From positions 5,600,001 through 5,664,000 of the forward strand of contig CP181291.1 in the NCBI GenBank assembly GCA_052279835.1: a stretch of 64,000 bases of DNA, in the 5' to 3' direction. Position 1 is the first letter of the stretch, and each line of letters opens with the position of its first letter. The translations under genes and the position numbers were made by a program. Below the pieces are notes generated by a model that searched no databases, was not told the origin of the DNA, and was given only the letters and a program-made list of their open reading frames with translations. Shown piece after piece: positions 1-10,495 of the stretch. This stretch comes from Microcoleus sp. (GTDB lineage: Bacteria > Cyanobacteriota > Cyanobacteriia > Cyanobacteriales > Microcoleaceae).

Positions 1-997
1 TGCCGTGGCTTCCATGCTGTATTTGGATTACTGTCGGGAACCGGGAGAATGGCTGACTAATCAGTACGGTGGCCGGGAAAATATTGAGGCGGCAGATTTT
101 CTGCGGCAGGTGAATCATGTAATTTTCAGCTATTTCCCTGGTTCACTGTCCATCGCCGAAGAATCTACCTCTTGGCCGATGGTCTCTTGGCCGACCTATG
201 TAGGTGGCTTGGGCTTCAATCTGAAGTGGAACATGGGTTGGATGCACGATATGCTCGACTATTTCCACATGGACCCTTGGTTCCGCCAGTTTCACCAGAA
301 CAACATAACTTTCAGTATGTGGTACAACCACAGCGAGAATTTTATGCTGGCGCTATCCCACGATGAGGTAGTCCACGGAAAGGCTCACATCATTGGGAAA
401 ATGCCTGGAGATGAATGGCAAAAGTGTGCAAACGTGCGGTGTTTGTTTACTTTTATGTTTACTCACCCAGGCAAGAAAACCATGTTTATGGGGATGGAGT
501 TCGGTCAGTGGCAAGAGTGGAACGTTTGGGGGGATTTGCAGTGGAATTTGCTGCAATTTGAGCCTCACCAAAAGTTGAAGCTGTTTTTTAAGGATTTGAA
601 CAATCTGTACCGCAGCGAATCAGCACTTTATAGTCAAGATTTTGCTGAGGATGGGTTTGACTGGATTGATTGCAGCGATAATCGGCACAGCGTCGTCGCT
701 TTTATACGTCGAGCTAAGGATAGTGACGAGTTTGTGGTGACTGTTTGCAATTTTACGCCGCAGCCGCACTCTCATTATCGCGTCGGAGTGCCGGAACCGG
801 GTTTCTATACGGAGTTGTTTAACAGCGACGCACGGGAGTACGGTGGCAGCAATATGGGCAATTTGGGGGGCAAGTGGACTGATGAGTGGTGGTTCCACAA
901 TAGTGCTTATTCCATCGACTTGTGTTTGCCGCCTTTGGGTGTGTTAATTTTGAAGCTCGATCGGGCAAAAACAGCAGCAAAATCTCAAGAGTTTTGA
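1..997 (+). CDS. glgB: 1,4-alpha-glucan branching enzyme, 5'-truncated by the window edge
   Basis: GH13 motifs (D)[43 protein letters not shown]. The ORF-track 'start' is an internal Val codon. Confidence 0.97.
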   Translation, partial: AVASMLYLDYCREPGEWLTNQYGGRENIEAADFLRQVNHVIFSYFPGSLSIAEESTSWPMVSWPTYVGGLGFNLKWNMGWMHDMLDYFHMDPWFRQFHQNNITFSMWYNHSENFMLALSHDEVVHGKAHIIGKMPGDEWQKCANVRCLFTFMFTHPGKKTMFMGMEFGQWQEWNVWGDLQWNLLQFEPHQKLKLFFKDLNNLYRSESALYSQDFAEDGFDWIDCSDNRHSVVAFIRRAKDSDEFVVTVCNFTPQPHSHYRVGVPEPGFYTELFNSDAREYGGSNMGNLGGKWTDEWWFHNSAYSIDLCLPPLGVLILKLDRAKTAAKSQEF

Positions 998-1004
998 TGA
1001 CGGT

Positions 1005-1063
1005 CACTGAGCGTAGTCGAAGTGTCCCCCTTGGAGTCTTAGACCCTTCGACTACGCTCAGGG
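1005..1063. repeat. REP-like inverted doublet of the CTTCGACTACGCTCAG family
   Basis: 16-bp perfect inverted repeat at 1007-1022/1046-1061 between convergent genes. Related copies at about 10123-10178, 20127-20191, 31724-31745 and 48473-48484. Confidence 0.85.
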
Positions 1064-1077
1064 AACAATTTACGCGG

Positions 1078-1110
1078 TTAACAAATAACAAATAACAAAT
1101 AACTAATAAC
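1078..1110. repeat. STRR-type heptamer array (TAACAAA)n
   Basis: About 4-5 tandem heptamers seen directly. Confidence 0.8.
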
Positions 1111-2006
1111 TAAATATTCGATGAAAGTTTAGGCGAATCAACTGCTACTACTTCCGAAATAGATTCTTCTTTCGCAGAGTCTAAGTTTGGCAGTGGCATA
1201 TGCTTCATTTCCCAAACTTTCAGCAAAATTAAATATTCATAAAAAGCTTGCAGCGTACACCAAGCTAGTCCCGCTTGACCGTCAAGAAATCCGCCTAGTA
1301 AAATATACATATAGAAAAAGCGCACAACTGGTCGTAAAGGCAAGCGCAAAGAAAAATCTTTCAATGCACGGCGTCTTTCCACTTCTGAGGCTCCAAAAAA
1401 TAAATCCCACCAATTTACTTGACCAGCTTCTAGTTGACGGAGGGTTTCGGCTGCTTCGTCAGTCGAGTAGCGGTTGTGCTTTTCAATCCAGCGAGAAAGA
1501 CCTTTGCTGCAAGTATAGTGAGGGTAGGTTTCCTTCAGGAAGTGAGTCGGACCATTGCAAACTTCCCGTTCCGTGTGGCCGTAGTCACTAAACCACACTT
1601 TGTCTTTGCGAAACAGGCGCATTTGATAGCGGGGATATTGAGTGCTGCGGCGAATCCAACGCTCCATAAATATTACTTTTTCAGCGACGTAATAGCCTAT
1701 ATATTCTTGACTTTCGATCGCCTTTAGGCATTCAGCAAACAGTGCAGGTGTCATCCGCTCATCTGCTTCGAGGATATAAACCCATTCGTACTTGCAGGGA
1801 ACTTCTTGCAACATCCAAGTCCGCTGACGCCCGTGAGTTTCAAAAGCGTGCTGTACCAAGAGGACTGGATAGCCCTGGATAATCTCAAGGGTACGATCGC
1901 TGCTGAAAGAATCAACCACAATGATATCGTCACAAAGCAGCGCCGATTCAATGCAAGCGGCGATATCAATCTCTTCGTTGTAAGTCAGAATATAAATTGA
2001 GAACAT
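1110..2006 (-). CDS. Glycosyltransferase family 2, possibly part of a hormogonium/gliding polysaccharide locus
   Basis: N-terminal SIYILTYNEE, VVDSFSSDRT and EADER (DxD-like) motifs. Lies downstream of the HpsJ-like gene. Confidence 0.9.
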   Translation of the reverse strand: MFSIYILTYNEEIDIAACIESALLCDDIIVVDSFSSDRTLEIIQGYPVLLVQHAFETHGRQRTWMLQEVPCKYEWVYILEADERMTPALFAECLKAIESQEYIGYYVAEKVIFMERWIRRSTQYPRYQMRLFRKDKVWFSDYGHTEREVCNGPTHFLKETYPHYTCSKGLSRWIEKHNRYSTDEAAETLRQLEAGQVNWWDLFFGASEVERRRALKDFSLRLPLRPVVRFFYMYILLGGFLDGQAGLAWCTLQAFYEYLILLKVWEMKHMPLPNLDSAKEESISEVVAVDSPKLSSNI

Positions 2007-2204
2007 TCCCAGCTTTCAGTAAGGGCAAACCATAGCAGAAGGAAGAAGTCCGATGGATTTCGGCACAAGAGCGATGTGCAAATGCAAGAGAATCAATGGT
2101 TTCAGCAATTAACAACGTCCTAACTGCGTCAGCGGTTGCTATATTAACCACATCAAATATTTATTAGAGATGTCTCGACCCGCGCGATCCCCGCTGTTGG
2201 CTGG

Positions 2205-3035
2205 TCAACTCTTGCGGCGGCCGAACCGAGGAATCCCCATGCTTCTCAATCCAGTCCAACCAACAGTAATGTAACCGATCGCCAAGAGTAAACTGCTGAT
2301 GCCCGTCTGCAAACTAGAATTTCTCGATCGAGTTCTCAACTCTTTCTCTTTTTGTTGCTTACGAGTCTGAATTTCTTTGCGGGCCTGGTTGGGAAGTTCT
2401 TGGGCTTGCTGTTCCAGAAATTTGTCTAGGGCCTTCGGGTCATTTTTTGACTCCTGAAGCACAGCTTTCAATTCCTTGGGAACCTCTGGACTCTTGAGTG
2501 CTTGTGCCATTTTTCCCTCATCTTGTAGCAGGGCTGCTATCTGACTGCGGCGCTGGCTTTTAAGCTGTTCTATCTGAGCTTTGAACTGATCGCTTTTAAT
2601 TTGGGCTTCCAGTTGACCCTCAGCTTGTCCGGCTTCTCTATCGACTTGAACAAGAGCCTCCTTGAGTTCCAAACGAGTATTGTTGAGATGAAGTGGGACC
2701 AGACACAGATAAATCAGGCCTAGCAAACTGGAAACTAACAGCGCCCAGAATCGTAAATCCAGCCAAATATTTTGGCGTTCGATGGAGACTCCAGTGCTGC
2801 TGTCCACCCAAAAGCCAGTCATCAGTAGGGCTATACCCATTAAAGGAATAATTCCCCGGTCAACTATCTGAGTTGCCGCAGCCAACTGCCACCCTCTATT
2901 GAGAATGTCGGAGGTTTCTCCCGGTAGTGACAGCACAATGCAGTCGAGCAAAGCAGAGAGAATCAAGATAATCCCCACTACTTTGAGAGTGCGAGCGGCT
3001 ACAGAAGAAAATTGACGGCTATTAGTTGCTTTCAT
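2205..3035 (-). CDS. hpsJ: HpsJ-family membrane protein
   Basis: Three N-terminal TM helices with the QIVDRGIIPLMG motif, a long coiled coil and a C-terminal TM helix. ATG at 3035 preferred. Confidence 0.7.
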   Translation of the reverse strand: MKATNSRQFSSVAARTLKVVGIILILSALLDCIVLSLPGETSDILNRGWQLAAATQIVDRGIIPLMGIALLMTGFWVDSSTGVSIERQNIWLDLRFWALLVSSLLGLIYLCLVPLHLNNTRLELKEALVQVDREAGQAEGQLEAQIKSDQFKAQIEQLKSQRRSQIAALLQDEGKMAQALKSPEVPKELKAVLQESKNDPKALDKFLEQQAQELPNQARKEIQTRKQQKEKELRTRSRNSSLQTGISSLLLAIGYITVGWTGLRSMGIPRFGRRKS

Positions 3036-3270
3036 ACAAATATGCGGTAAGTGGGAAACGAGGGAGTTTAGATCCAAGAGGAAAGTGACACCAGCGGTGG
3101 GAACCGCCTAGTCAATAGCAGAATGGAGGGTTGTTGACCCCTCATACCTTTGGGCCTACTCCCTTGCGGAGTGATGTGAGCGCGCCTTTGTGATGACAGT
3201 TTTAGGGGCCCAAAGCACGGTCTCTGTTACATAGCAGACTATGAACCAGCAGCAACAGATCTCTTGATTA

Positions 3271-3362
3271 CAGGACTTACGCTATCGATCTACCTAGAGT
3301 GTTTTGTAGGGGCAATCCCCCCGTGGTTGCCACGCTTACCTGCGCATTATGCGTAAGTCCTG
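3271..3362. mobile_element. 92-bp MITE with TIR CAGGACTTACGC and 5-bp target duplication GATTA
   Basis: Perfect 12-bp TIRs at 3271-3282/3351-3362. GATTA at 3266-3270 and 3363-3367. Internal GTAGGGGCAA..TTGCC REP-like hairpin. Confidence 0.85.
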
Positions 3363-3703
3363 GATTAGCTAGGTATCAAGCGGGTGTATTGACTCAAATA
3401 ACCTAGTCAGTTAAGACGGGAGGTTAGCCAGTACGGCTGGTTTGATGGCTCTGGCGAGGGAGCGTATCGTGAGACTTGCGTAACAGAGAATTCCTGTTGG
3501 ATAATTTTACACCCTTAGATTCAAGGCGGTAGTTGAATAGATTTTGTTGCACAAGTTAAGTTATTTTCCACCAAAAGAGCTCGTTGCGACACCAGGCTCG
3601 ACTTTTTTATGATTGTTCTTGACTGCGGTTTCCGTACAGAGGTGTTCTCACTTTTGCTGGTAGGATGGTTCATCGCTGTTCAAACTCGCTGTTGGTGGAA
3701 ACA

Positions 3704-4192
3704 ATGATTTCTGGTGTTTATGGGTTGAAAGAACTTGCTCGTGCGATCGCCTCAAATCCGGCTCAGTGGCGTCCCCTCGTGTTTACCAACGGCTGCTTCG
3801 ATATCTTACACGCAGGGCACGTCCGCTATTTGCAGCAGGCTTCATCCTTGGGGCGATCCCTCGTGGTGGGATTGAATAGTGATGCTAGCGTACAAGCCCT
3901 CAAACCCCAGCAGCCGGGATTACCAACGCGCCCCATCGTACCAGAAGAACAGCGAGCCGAAGTTTTAGCAGCTCTCAAAGCCGTAGACGCCGTGGTAATT
4001 TTTCCCGAAACTACCGCCATTGAACTGATCGCGATGCTGAAACCAGATATCTACGTTAAAGGAGGCGACTATCAAATCGAAACACTACCGGAAGCACCTG
4101 CGGTTTTAGCCTGTGGTGGCAAAATTTCCTTGGTCAAAATAGAAGTTCCGAGTTCTACCAGTGCGATCGTCAAACGCATTTTGCAGTTATAG
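3704..4192 (+). CDS. rfaE2: D-glycero-beta-D-manno-heptose 1-phosphate adenylyltransferase (RfaE domain II)
   Basis: VFTNGCFDILHAGH (HxGH), VGLNSDASV, PDIYVKGGDY and STSAI motifs. Confidence 0.9.
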   Translation: MISGVYGLKELARAIASNPAQWRPLVFTNGCFDILHAGHVRYLQQASSLGRSLVVGLNSDASVQALKPQQPGLPTRPIVPEEQRAEVLAALKAVDAVVIFPETTAIELIAMLKPDIYVKGGDYQIETLPEAPAVLACGGKISLVKIEVPSSTSAIVKRILQL

Positions 4193-4238
4193 AATACAGC
4201 AATAATATGCAAACACTTATCTTATTGATTTGTCAAAC

Positions 4239-5711
4239 ATGACTTTCATCTCCCTTCAATACGCCCAATTTTTGCTAAGTTTGTTAGTTGTTTATTGGTT
4301 AGTGCCACTGCGATGGTGGCGACTTTCCATCATGGTAATTGGTAGTCTGATTTTTTATGGTTCGCTGCAAAGATGGTACATTCCTCTGCTGTTAGTAGGT
4401 ACTCTGTTTAATTATGTCTTGGCAATGGCGATCGGGGAACCTCTGGATTGGCGGATTGCTAACGAATCTTGGAACCGCCGCCGTTGGTTGCTGCTGTGCA
4501 TAGGAATTAGCGTGAATGTATTGCTGCTTCTAGGCTTTAAGTATGTGCCTTTTTTCTTAAGTTCCCTAGGCAATTTGTTAAATTTACCCGTGGCTTTAGA
4601 CAGTGCGGACTGGGTAAAAACCCACGTAATTGCACCTCTAGGATTGAGTTTTTTTTGCTTTGAGTGCATTGCTTATTTGATTGACGTGTATCGAGGTGCA
4701 CCTGCGGCAAATTCACTGCTGCACTTTGCGGCTTACAAGTTGTTTTTTCCCAAATTAATTTCTGGACCAATTACTCGGTATCACAACTTAATTTATCAAC
4801 TAAAATCCCAGAAATTTCCCACAGCAGATGGCATTGCAGAGGGACTGTGGGCGATCGCCTCCGGTGCAGTAAAAAAAGGGCTTGTGGCGGATAATTTGGG
4901 AATTTATGTAGATTTAAGTTTTACTAACTTGCAGCGGGCGGGAAGCGAAGATTTGTGGCTGACAATTTTTGCTTACGGGTTGCAACTTTATCTCGACTTT
5001 AGCGCTTATGTTGACATCGCGCGCGGTACTGCTTTGCTGCTAGGTTGGTACTTGCCACCCAATTTTGATTTTCCTTATTTTAGTGCTAGCATAGGCGATT
5101 TTTGGCGGCGCTGGCACATGACTTTGGGAGATTGGCTGCGGAATTATTTGTATTTTCCTTTGGGGGGTTCGCGGGTTAGTTTGTGGCGTACTTGTCTGAA
5201 TTTGTTAATCGTCATGTTAGTGGCTGGAATTTGGCATGGTGCGGCTTGGGGATTTATGGTGTGGGGGGGGTTACACGGTTTGGCTTTGGTGGTTCATAGG
5301 CTGACGGATGTGGTGTTTAAGCGGTTGCGAATAGATTTTTTGTGGGACAATGCGATCGGCTTTTTCATCGGTTGGCTGTTAACTCAAGCTATGGTTTTTG
5401 GTAGTTGGATATTTTTCCGTCTTCCCAATTTGAAAGACTCTGGATGGGTGATTTCCCATTTGTGGGGACATCCTGCTGATGTCCAGTTTGCACATAAGGT
5501 GTATGTGGAAGCCCTGGGTTTGGAAAGAGTGCAGTTAAGTTGGATGTTGGGGGGCTTGGCGGTGGCGATGCTGATGAATTATACGTTAATTCGGGGTTTG
5601 AAGGTGGAGTTGAATTGGCCTGTGAAGTTGATGTTAGTACCGCTTTGTTTGTATGCGGTTTGGTTGTTGGCACCGGAGGGTGGTTTACCTTACATTTATT
5701 TTGATTTTTAG
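4239..5711 (+). CDS. MBOAT family O-acyltransferase (AlgI/DltB-like)
   Basis: PLGLSFF, FFPKLISGPI, LYLDFSAY, FWRRWHMTL and catalytic GIWHGA motifs; polytopic. Confidence 0.93.
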   Translation: MTFISLQYAQFLLSLLVVYWLVPLRWWRLSIMVIGSLIFYGSLQRWYIPLLLVGTLFNYVLAMAIGEPLDWRIANESWNRRRWLLLCIGISVNVLLLLGFKYVPFFLSSLGNLLNLPVALDSADWVKTHVIAPLGLSFFCFECIAYLIDVYRGAPAANSLLHFAAYKLFFPKLISGPITRYHNLIYQLKSQKFPTADGIAEGLWAIASGAVKKGLVADNLGIYVDLSFTNLQRAGSEDLWLTIFAYGLQLYLDFSAYVDIARGTALLLGWYLPPNFDFPYFSASIGDFWRRWHMTLGDWLRNYLYFPLGGSRVSLWRTCLNLLIVMLVAGIWHGAAWGFMVWGGLHGLALVVHRLTDVVFKRLRIDFLWDNAIGFFIGWLLTQAMVFGSWIFFRLPNLKDSGWVISHLWGHPADVQFAHKVYVEALGLERVQLSWMLGGLAVAMLMNYTLIRGLKVELNWPVKLMLVPLCLYAVWLLAPEGGLPYIYFDF

Positions 5712-5751
5712 AGGATGGGAAGGAAGAATGCTCGAATTTATGCAAGGGTGT

Positions 5752-5819
5752 AAAAAATCTGGTTTCTGCCTCAATATTTTGGTTAACAAATCAGGATTTA
5801 TTAGAGAACCAGGTTTTTT
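5752..5819. repeat. REP-like doublet of the AGAAACCGGGTTTCT family (degenerate)
   Basis: Imperfect inverted ends AAAAAATCTGGTTTCT / AGAGAACCAGGTTTTTT; a better copy lies at 53510-53572. Confidence 0.6.
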
Positions 5820-5941
5820 GGGAGCATCCCAATTTTGTAGGGGCTCTCGCATGGCGACAGACAATTTATTAGTGATAACCAGAGATTTATTGCCGTCAGG
5901 CTTCGCCCCTACTAATATATTTGCAAAACTGAGGTGCACCC
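5820..5941 (+). mobile_element. ~121-bp MITE family B, copy 1
   Basis: Ends GGGAGCATCCCAATTTTG / CAAAACTGAGGTGCACCC; flanks GGTTTTTT/AGTTTTTT (7 of 8 identical). Confidence 0.8.
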
Positions 5942-5957
5942 AGTTTTTTTGCGTCGC

Positions 5958-6779
5958 TTATTGATAGGAACACCAGTCACTCCAGCTACCTGGATAAAGT
6001 TTAGCGTTGGGAATTCCGGCTATTTCTAAAGACAATAAATTCACGCAAGCTGTTACCCCGGAACCGCAATAAACCATAATTTCTTCGGCGGTGGCTAATT
6101 CTGTCCAAAGTTGCTTTTGTGCTGAAGTCGATCGCACTTTTCCTGTCTCATCTGTCACCTGTTGCCAAGGATAGTTGACAGCACCGGGAATGTGGCCTGC
6201 AATGGGGTCGATCGGCTCCCGGAGGCCAAGATATCGATCGTTCTCCCGCGAATCAACCAAAACCTTTCCCGGCAAGTCTTTTAGTGCTTTTACGGCCTCA
6301 ATATCCACAATCAGGTGCGATCGCAATTCGGGGACAAATTTACCCTCACGAGGTTTTGGCAAAACATTTGTCACCGGATATCCAGCCGCTTTCCAGCCAC
6401 TGAAACCCCCATCTAACAATGCTACTTTACTGTGTCCCATATATCGCAGCAGCCACCACAACCGAGCCGCAAAAGCCAACCGCGAATCGTCATAGGCTAC
6501 AACTAAAGTTTCTGGGGAATTAATGCCAATTTCACTCAATTTTTCCGCTAATTCTGTAATATTTGGCAGCGGATGTCTGCCACCATGTTTTTCAACTGGA
6601 CTAGCGAGGTCTTGGTTTAAATCTAAATAAAAAGCTCCGGGAATGTGACTTTCTTGATATTGTTTTTGTCCCAATTCTGGATCGGCTAGAGAAAACCGAC
6701 AGTCAATAATTACAACTTGCTGATTTTCGGTATTGCCGGCTAACCATTCAGGATTAACTATCAAATTGGTGTCTGTCAT
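5958..6779 (-). CDS. sseA: Two-domain rhodanese / 3-mercaptopyruvate sulfurtransferase
   Basis: HIPGA twice, GGRHPLP, LLDGG, active-site YCGSGVTAC and LYPGSWSDW. Confidence 0.92.
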   Translation of the reverse strand: MTDTNLIVNPEWLAGNTENQQVVIIDCRFSLADPELGQKQYQESHIPGAFYLDLNQDLASPVEKHGGRHPLPNITELAEKLSEIGINSPETLVVAYDDSRLAFAARLWWLLRYMGHSKVALLDGGFSGWKAAGYPVTNVLPKPREGKFVPELRSHLIVDIEAVKALKDLPGKVLVDSRENDRYLGLREPIDPIAGHIPGAVNYPWQQVTDETGKVRSTSAQKQLWTELATAEEIMVYCGSGVTACVNLLSLEIAGIPNAKLYPGSWSDWCSYQ

Positions 6780-6856
6780 ATTGATTTAAAAATTACTGTG
6801 TTTGAACGGCGATAAGTTGGAACATCTCTAGAAAATAAGCTGCTTTTTTCATCACG

Positions 6857-7849
6857 TTATTTTTCAGGATTAGATTTCTTATTTGCTTTCTCATTAGATG
6901 CTTTGTCGGAATTGGATTTTTTAGTTGATTTTTCAGTGGCTTCTTTTTCGGAATTGGATTTTTTAGTTGATTTTTCAGTGGCTTCTTTTTCGGAATTTGA
7001 CTTTTTAGCTGATTTTTCTGCTGATTCTTTTTCACCAGTGGCTGGTGTTGGACTTGGGGAAGGCAGAGTTACTGCTGATTCTTGAGCATAAATCAGATAT
7101 TTCTGATACTCAGCTACTTTTGTCTGAGCTAGTTCATGATGAGGACTTGATGGGGGTACTCTTCTCATCAAAGAGATGGCTTCTTGCCAGTTATTGGCAA
7201 CTAAATTCCATTCCTCTTTGGTTTTGGCTGCTCTCCCTAATTCTGCTGCTTTTACTGCACTGTTAACTGCCTCTCGAAAAGAATCTGGTACTGTTGCTAC
7301 AGTCGGTGTTTCCTCTAGATTTTTGCCCGCAGTTGCTGCTGGCTCGTTTAAAAGTTTACCAACAAAGGCTACGACGGCGATCGCCAATATACCTGTCACC
7401 ATCCCAACTACCATGAAAGTCGATCGCAGTCTATTCTCTAATTCTTTCATTTCCGGCGGTGTCGCCTCCATATTTTTCGCAGTTTCCATGAGGTTTTCCT
7501 GATTAGCAACTATTGTCAAGGATTTTTCAGGATAAATTTCTTGAGCAATACTTGGGTGTTCTAAAATAAATTCTTGACTCCAATCAGACACAGCCTGACC
7601 AATTTCTCGACCCTCAACTTTCACCAGGCGAATCGAATTTGGCTGCAAATCGGTTAATTCCTTGCGGACAAAATCTACTGATGTATCTGGTGCAGGTACG
7701 GGCGAAGCATCCAGAAATACTTCCAAATAATCGCCCTTGAGATTAACTGTCACTGTGATGTCTTCAGATTGTAACTGACTCTGGAGCCAAGAGGCGATCG
7801 CCTCCGGATTTCCCTGTTTGGCAAGTTCCTGAAAATTAAGCTCTGTCAT
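6857..7849 (-). CDS. Hypothetical single-TM protein with a C-terminal K/E/S low-complexity repeat
   Basis: 330-aa ORF: ELAKQGNPEAIA N-terminus, one TM segment, TPR-like helical region, 42-bp repeats encoding KKSNSEKEATEKST. Confidence 0.85.
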   Translation of the reverse strand: MTELNFQELAKQGNPEAIASWLQSQLQSEDITVTVNLKGDYLEVFLDASPVPAPDTSVDFVRKELTDLQPNSIRLVKVEGREIGQAVSDWSQEFILEHPSIAQEIYPEKSLTIVANQENLMETAKNMEATPPEMKELENRLRSTFMVVGMVTGILAIAVVAFVGKLLNEPAATAGKNLEETPTVATVPDSFREAVNSAVKAAELGRAAKTKEEWNLVANNWQEAISLMRRVPPSSPHHELAQTKVAEYQKYLIYAQESAVTLPSPSPTPATGEKESAEKSAKKSNSEKEATEKSTKKSNSEKEATEKSTKKSNSDKASNEKANKKSNPEK

Positions 7850-7909
7850 AGCTGAAAACCTGATTTTTGGATAATTGATTCGCTATCACTCAATTTATTT
7901 TTGGGATTA

Positions 7910-7958
7910 CTTTCATCCCGCCACTCATCCCGTAAACGGATAGACTTCGGGACTTCCC
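7910..7958 (-). mobile_element. Orphan IS200/IS605-like terminal hairpin remnant
   Basis: Reverse complement GGGAAGTCCCG..CTATCCG..CGGGATGAAAG resembles 23689-23732; no transposase nearby. Confidence 0.5.
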
Positions 7959-8168
7959 CTTCCTATAGGTGAAAATTTTTGTTGATGTTAAAGCACAATA
8001 ATTGAAATTTTACAACAGTATAATCCAGAAGTGTCGAAACTAGCGAGATCGATTGGGAATTTAGGGGTCAAGGATTGGGGATGGGAGTTTTGAAGCTAGC
8101 GAGTCTAAGGATCGATCCGGTGGCTTTCCGATATTTCCCTATCTTGGTAGATTTTTCCCTCTCCTATG

Positions 8169-8289
8169 GGGTGCATCTGTGTTTTGCAAATATATTCGTA
8201 GGGGTGAAGCCTGACGGCTGTAAATCTCTGGTTATCACTAATAAATTGTCTGCGGTCATGCTTCACCCATATAAAATGGGGATGCTCCC
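8169..8289 (-). mobile_element. MITE family B, copy 2 (inverted)
   Basis: Perfect 8-bp target duplication CTCCTATG at 8161-8168 and 8290-8297. Confidence 0.9.
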
Positions 8290-8618
8290 CTCCTATGGAA
8301 CCCAACAGGAGTATGGTTGTGCGCGGTCAAGCTGCTTCACCCACCTAGGCTGAGTAGTCGCTGACATCCGTCAATCAAAAATATCGCCCGAAGGAATTTT
8401 CCCTTTCAGATTGGAGATTAAAAAATTGTGTCCTCGCAGTACAATTGACCGATGGCTAGTGATCGGTGAGCAACGGCTAAAAAAACAACATATCCAGAAT
8501 CCCTAATTCTGAAACAAGTCGGAGACAGGAGAGGGCGATCGGATTTGATGTCTAATTAGAGCGACCTACTTATCATCAGCCAAAATGTTTAACACATACG
8601 AAATTAATCGATCGCAAA

Positions 8619-9998
8619 ATGATAGCAATAGCAATCTTAGCGGCTGGACGTGGCACGCGCATGAAATCCGACTTGCCCAAAGTTTTACAAGAATTGGGCG
8701 GTCGAACTCTAGTTGAACGAGTCCTCAACAGTTGTCAAGAAATTGAAATTTCCCGGCGACTGGTCATCGTCGGTTATCGCAGCGAACTGGTTAAAAAAGC
8801 ACTCCTGGAAAATCAAGAATTAGAACCGGAAAATGCTGAATTGCCACCCTTAGAATTTGTCGAACAAACTGAACAATTAGGAACCGGTCACGCCATTCAA
8901 CAACTACTGCCTCATTTACAGGGATTTACGGGAGATTTACTGGTTTTAAATGGCGATGTGCCTTTGTTGCGATCGCAAACTCTCCAGCAATTAGTAGAAA
9001 CTCACCAGCAACACCAAAATTCTGCTACTTTGTTAACAGCTAACTTGGCAAATCCTCAAGGATATGGTCGAGTATTTACAGATAATCAAAACTTGGTAAC
9101 AGAAATTGTAGAAGACCGCGATTGCACAACCGCTCAAAAAGAAAATTGTCGGATTAATGCAGGTGTTTATTGTTTTCACTGGCCACATTTGGAAAAAGTC
9201 TTGCCCCAATTGAAGGCAGACAACAACCAACAAGAATATTACCTTACTGATACGGTGAAATACATGGCACCGGTGATGGCGATGGATGTAGCAGACGAGC
9301 GGGAAATATTGGGCATTAACGATCGCAAACACTTAGCCACACTTGCGGATATTTTGCAAATGCGGATCAAGGACAAGTGGATGGCTGCGGGAGTAACCCT
9401 GATCGACCCGAATAGCATTACCATCGATGATACCGTAGAGTTGCAGCCGGATGTGATCCTGGAACCACAAACCCATTTACGAGGTAAAACTTCCATTGCT
9501 AGTGGTAGTCGCATCGGTCCAGGCAGTTTGATTGAAAACAGTCAAATTGGTAAAAATGCAACTGTACTTTATGCCGTAGTTTCTGATAGTATTGTATCTG
9601 ATAATTCAAGGATTGGACCCTACGCACATTTGCGCAGTCATGCAGAAGTTGGCGCGAATTGTCGGGTGGGAAATTTTGTAGAATTGAAAAATACTCAAAT
9701 AGGCGATCGCACTAATGTTGCTCACTTATCTTATTTAGGCGACGCGACTTTGGGAGAGAAAGTCAATATCGGTGCGGGGACAATTACCGCCAATTATGAC
9801 GGAGTGAAGAAGCACAAAACTCAGATAGGCGATCGGACCAAAACAGGTTCTAATACTGTCCTGGTCGCACCAATTACTGTGGGGGAAGATGTTACCGTGG
9901 CGGCGGGTTCTGTGGTGACGGAAGATGTGCCAAATGATTGTTTAGTAGTTGCCCGTTCCCGACAAGTTGTCAAACCTGGTTGGAAGCTCAAAGAATAG
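8619..9998 (+). CDS. glmU: Bifunctional UDP-GlcNAc pyrophosphorylase / glucosamine-1-phosphate acetyltransferase
   Basis: [31 protein letters not shown], hexapeptide repeats and NYDG. Confidence 0.97.
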   Translation: MIAIAILAAGRGTRMKSDLPKVLQELGGRTLVERVLNSCQEIEISRRLVIVGYRSELVKKALLENQELEPENAELPPLEFVEQTEQLGTGHAIQQLLPHLQGFTGDLLVLNGDVPLLRSQTLQQLVETHQQHQNSATLLTANLANPQGYGRVFTDNQNLVTEIVEDRDCTTAQKENCRINAGVYCFHWPHLEKVLPQLKADNNQQEYYLTDTVKYMAPVMAMDVADEREILGINDRKHLATLADILQMRIKDKWMAAGVTLIDPNSITIDDTVELQPDVILEPQTHLRGKTSIASGSRIGPGSLIENSQIGKNATVLYAVVSDSIVSDNSRIGPYAHLRSHAEVGANCRVGNFVELKNTQIGDRTNVAHLSYLGDATLGEKVNIGAGTITANYDGVKKHKTQIGDRTKTGSNTVLVAPITVGEDVTVAAGSVVTEDVPNDCLVVARSRQVVKPGWKLKE

Positions 9999-10087
9999 GC
10001 TGAGAAACTGTTACTAAAATTCTACCCAGTTCTAGACAAATTATCCAGATTTTCAACATCTAACACTCACTTTGACGCTTGGTTCAT

Positions 10088-10122
10088 TGGTCCGGCTCAG
10101 TTTCGCGGTGCCGGACCATTTT
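10088..10122 (+). terminator. Putative intrinsic terminator after glmU
   Basis: 9-bp stem TGGTCCGGC/GCCGGACCA followed by TTTT. Confidence 0.5.
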
Positions 10123-10355
10123 ACCCTTCGACTACGTGGTGGTAGGCGCGATCGTTGCGTCGAAGGGTCCTTCGACTGGGTTTATGCCATCGTTGCTCTT
10201 GTATTTCAAAAGAACCGAAAGTAAATTAGGCTTTACATAATTGGCACTTACGTGTTAGTATAATTAACTGTGTGCGAAAGTGAGAGCGATCGCAACCTAT
10301 AAGGCTTTTAGATTGGGCAATCCCAAATCTCAAATCCTAACTTCAACATCGATCG

Positions 10356-10428
10356 GGGGAATTAGCTCAGTTGGTAGAGCGCTGCGATCGCACCGCAGAG
10401 GCCAGCGGTTCAAGTCCGCTATTCTCCA
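10356..10428 (+). tRNA. trnA: tRNA-Ala(CGC)
   Basis: Cloverleaf: acceptor GGGGAAT/ATTCTCC with the G3:U70 Ala determinant, anticodon arm CTGCG-ATCGCAC-CGCAG, T-loop GGTTCAAGTCC. CCA not encoded. Confidence 0.97.
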
Positions 10429-10495
10429 TAAATTTAGATTCAATATTTCAACTTGTTGCTTCTGACTTGTGAGTGATTCCTGGTATGAGACATTT

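Noticed and set aside
5653..5964. ORFs at 5653-5964, 5685-5939, 8075-8353 and 8105-8305 that resemble each other
   Set aside because: The similarity comes from MITE family B copies, not from genes.
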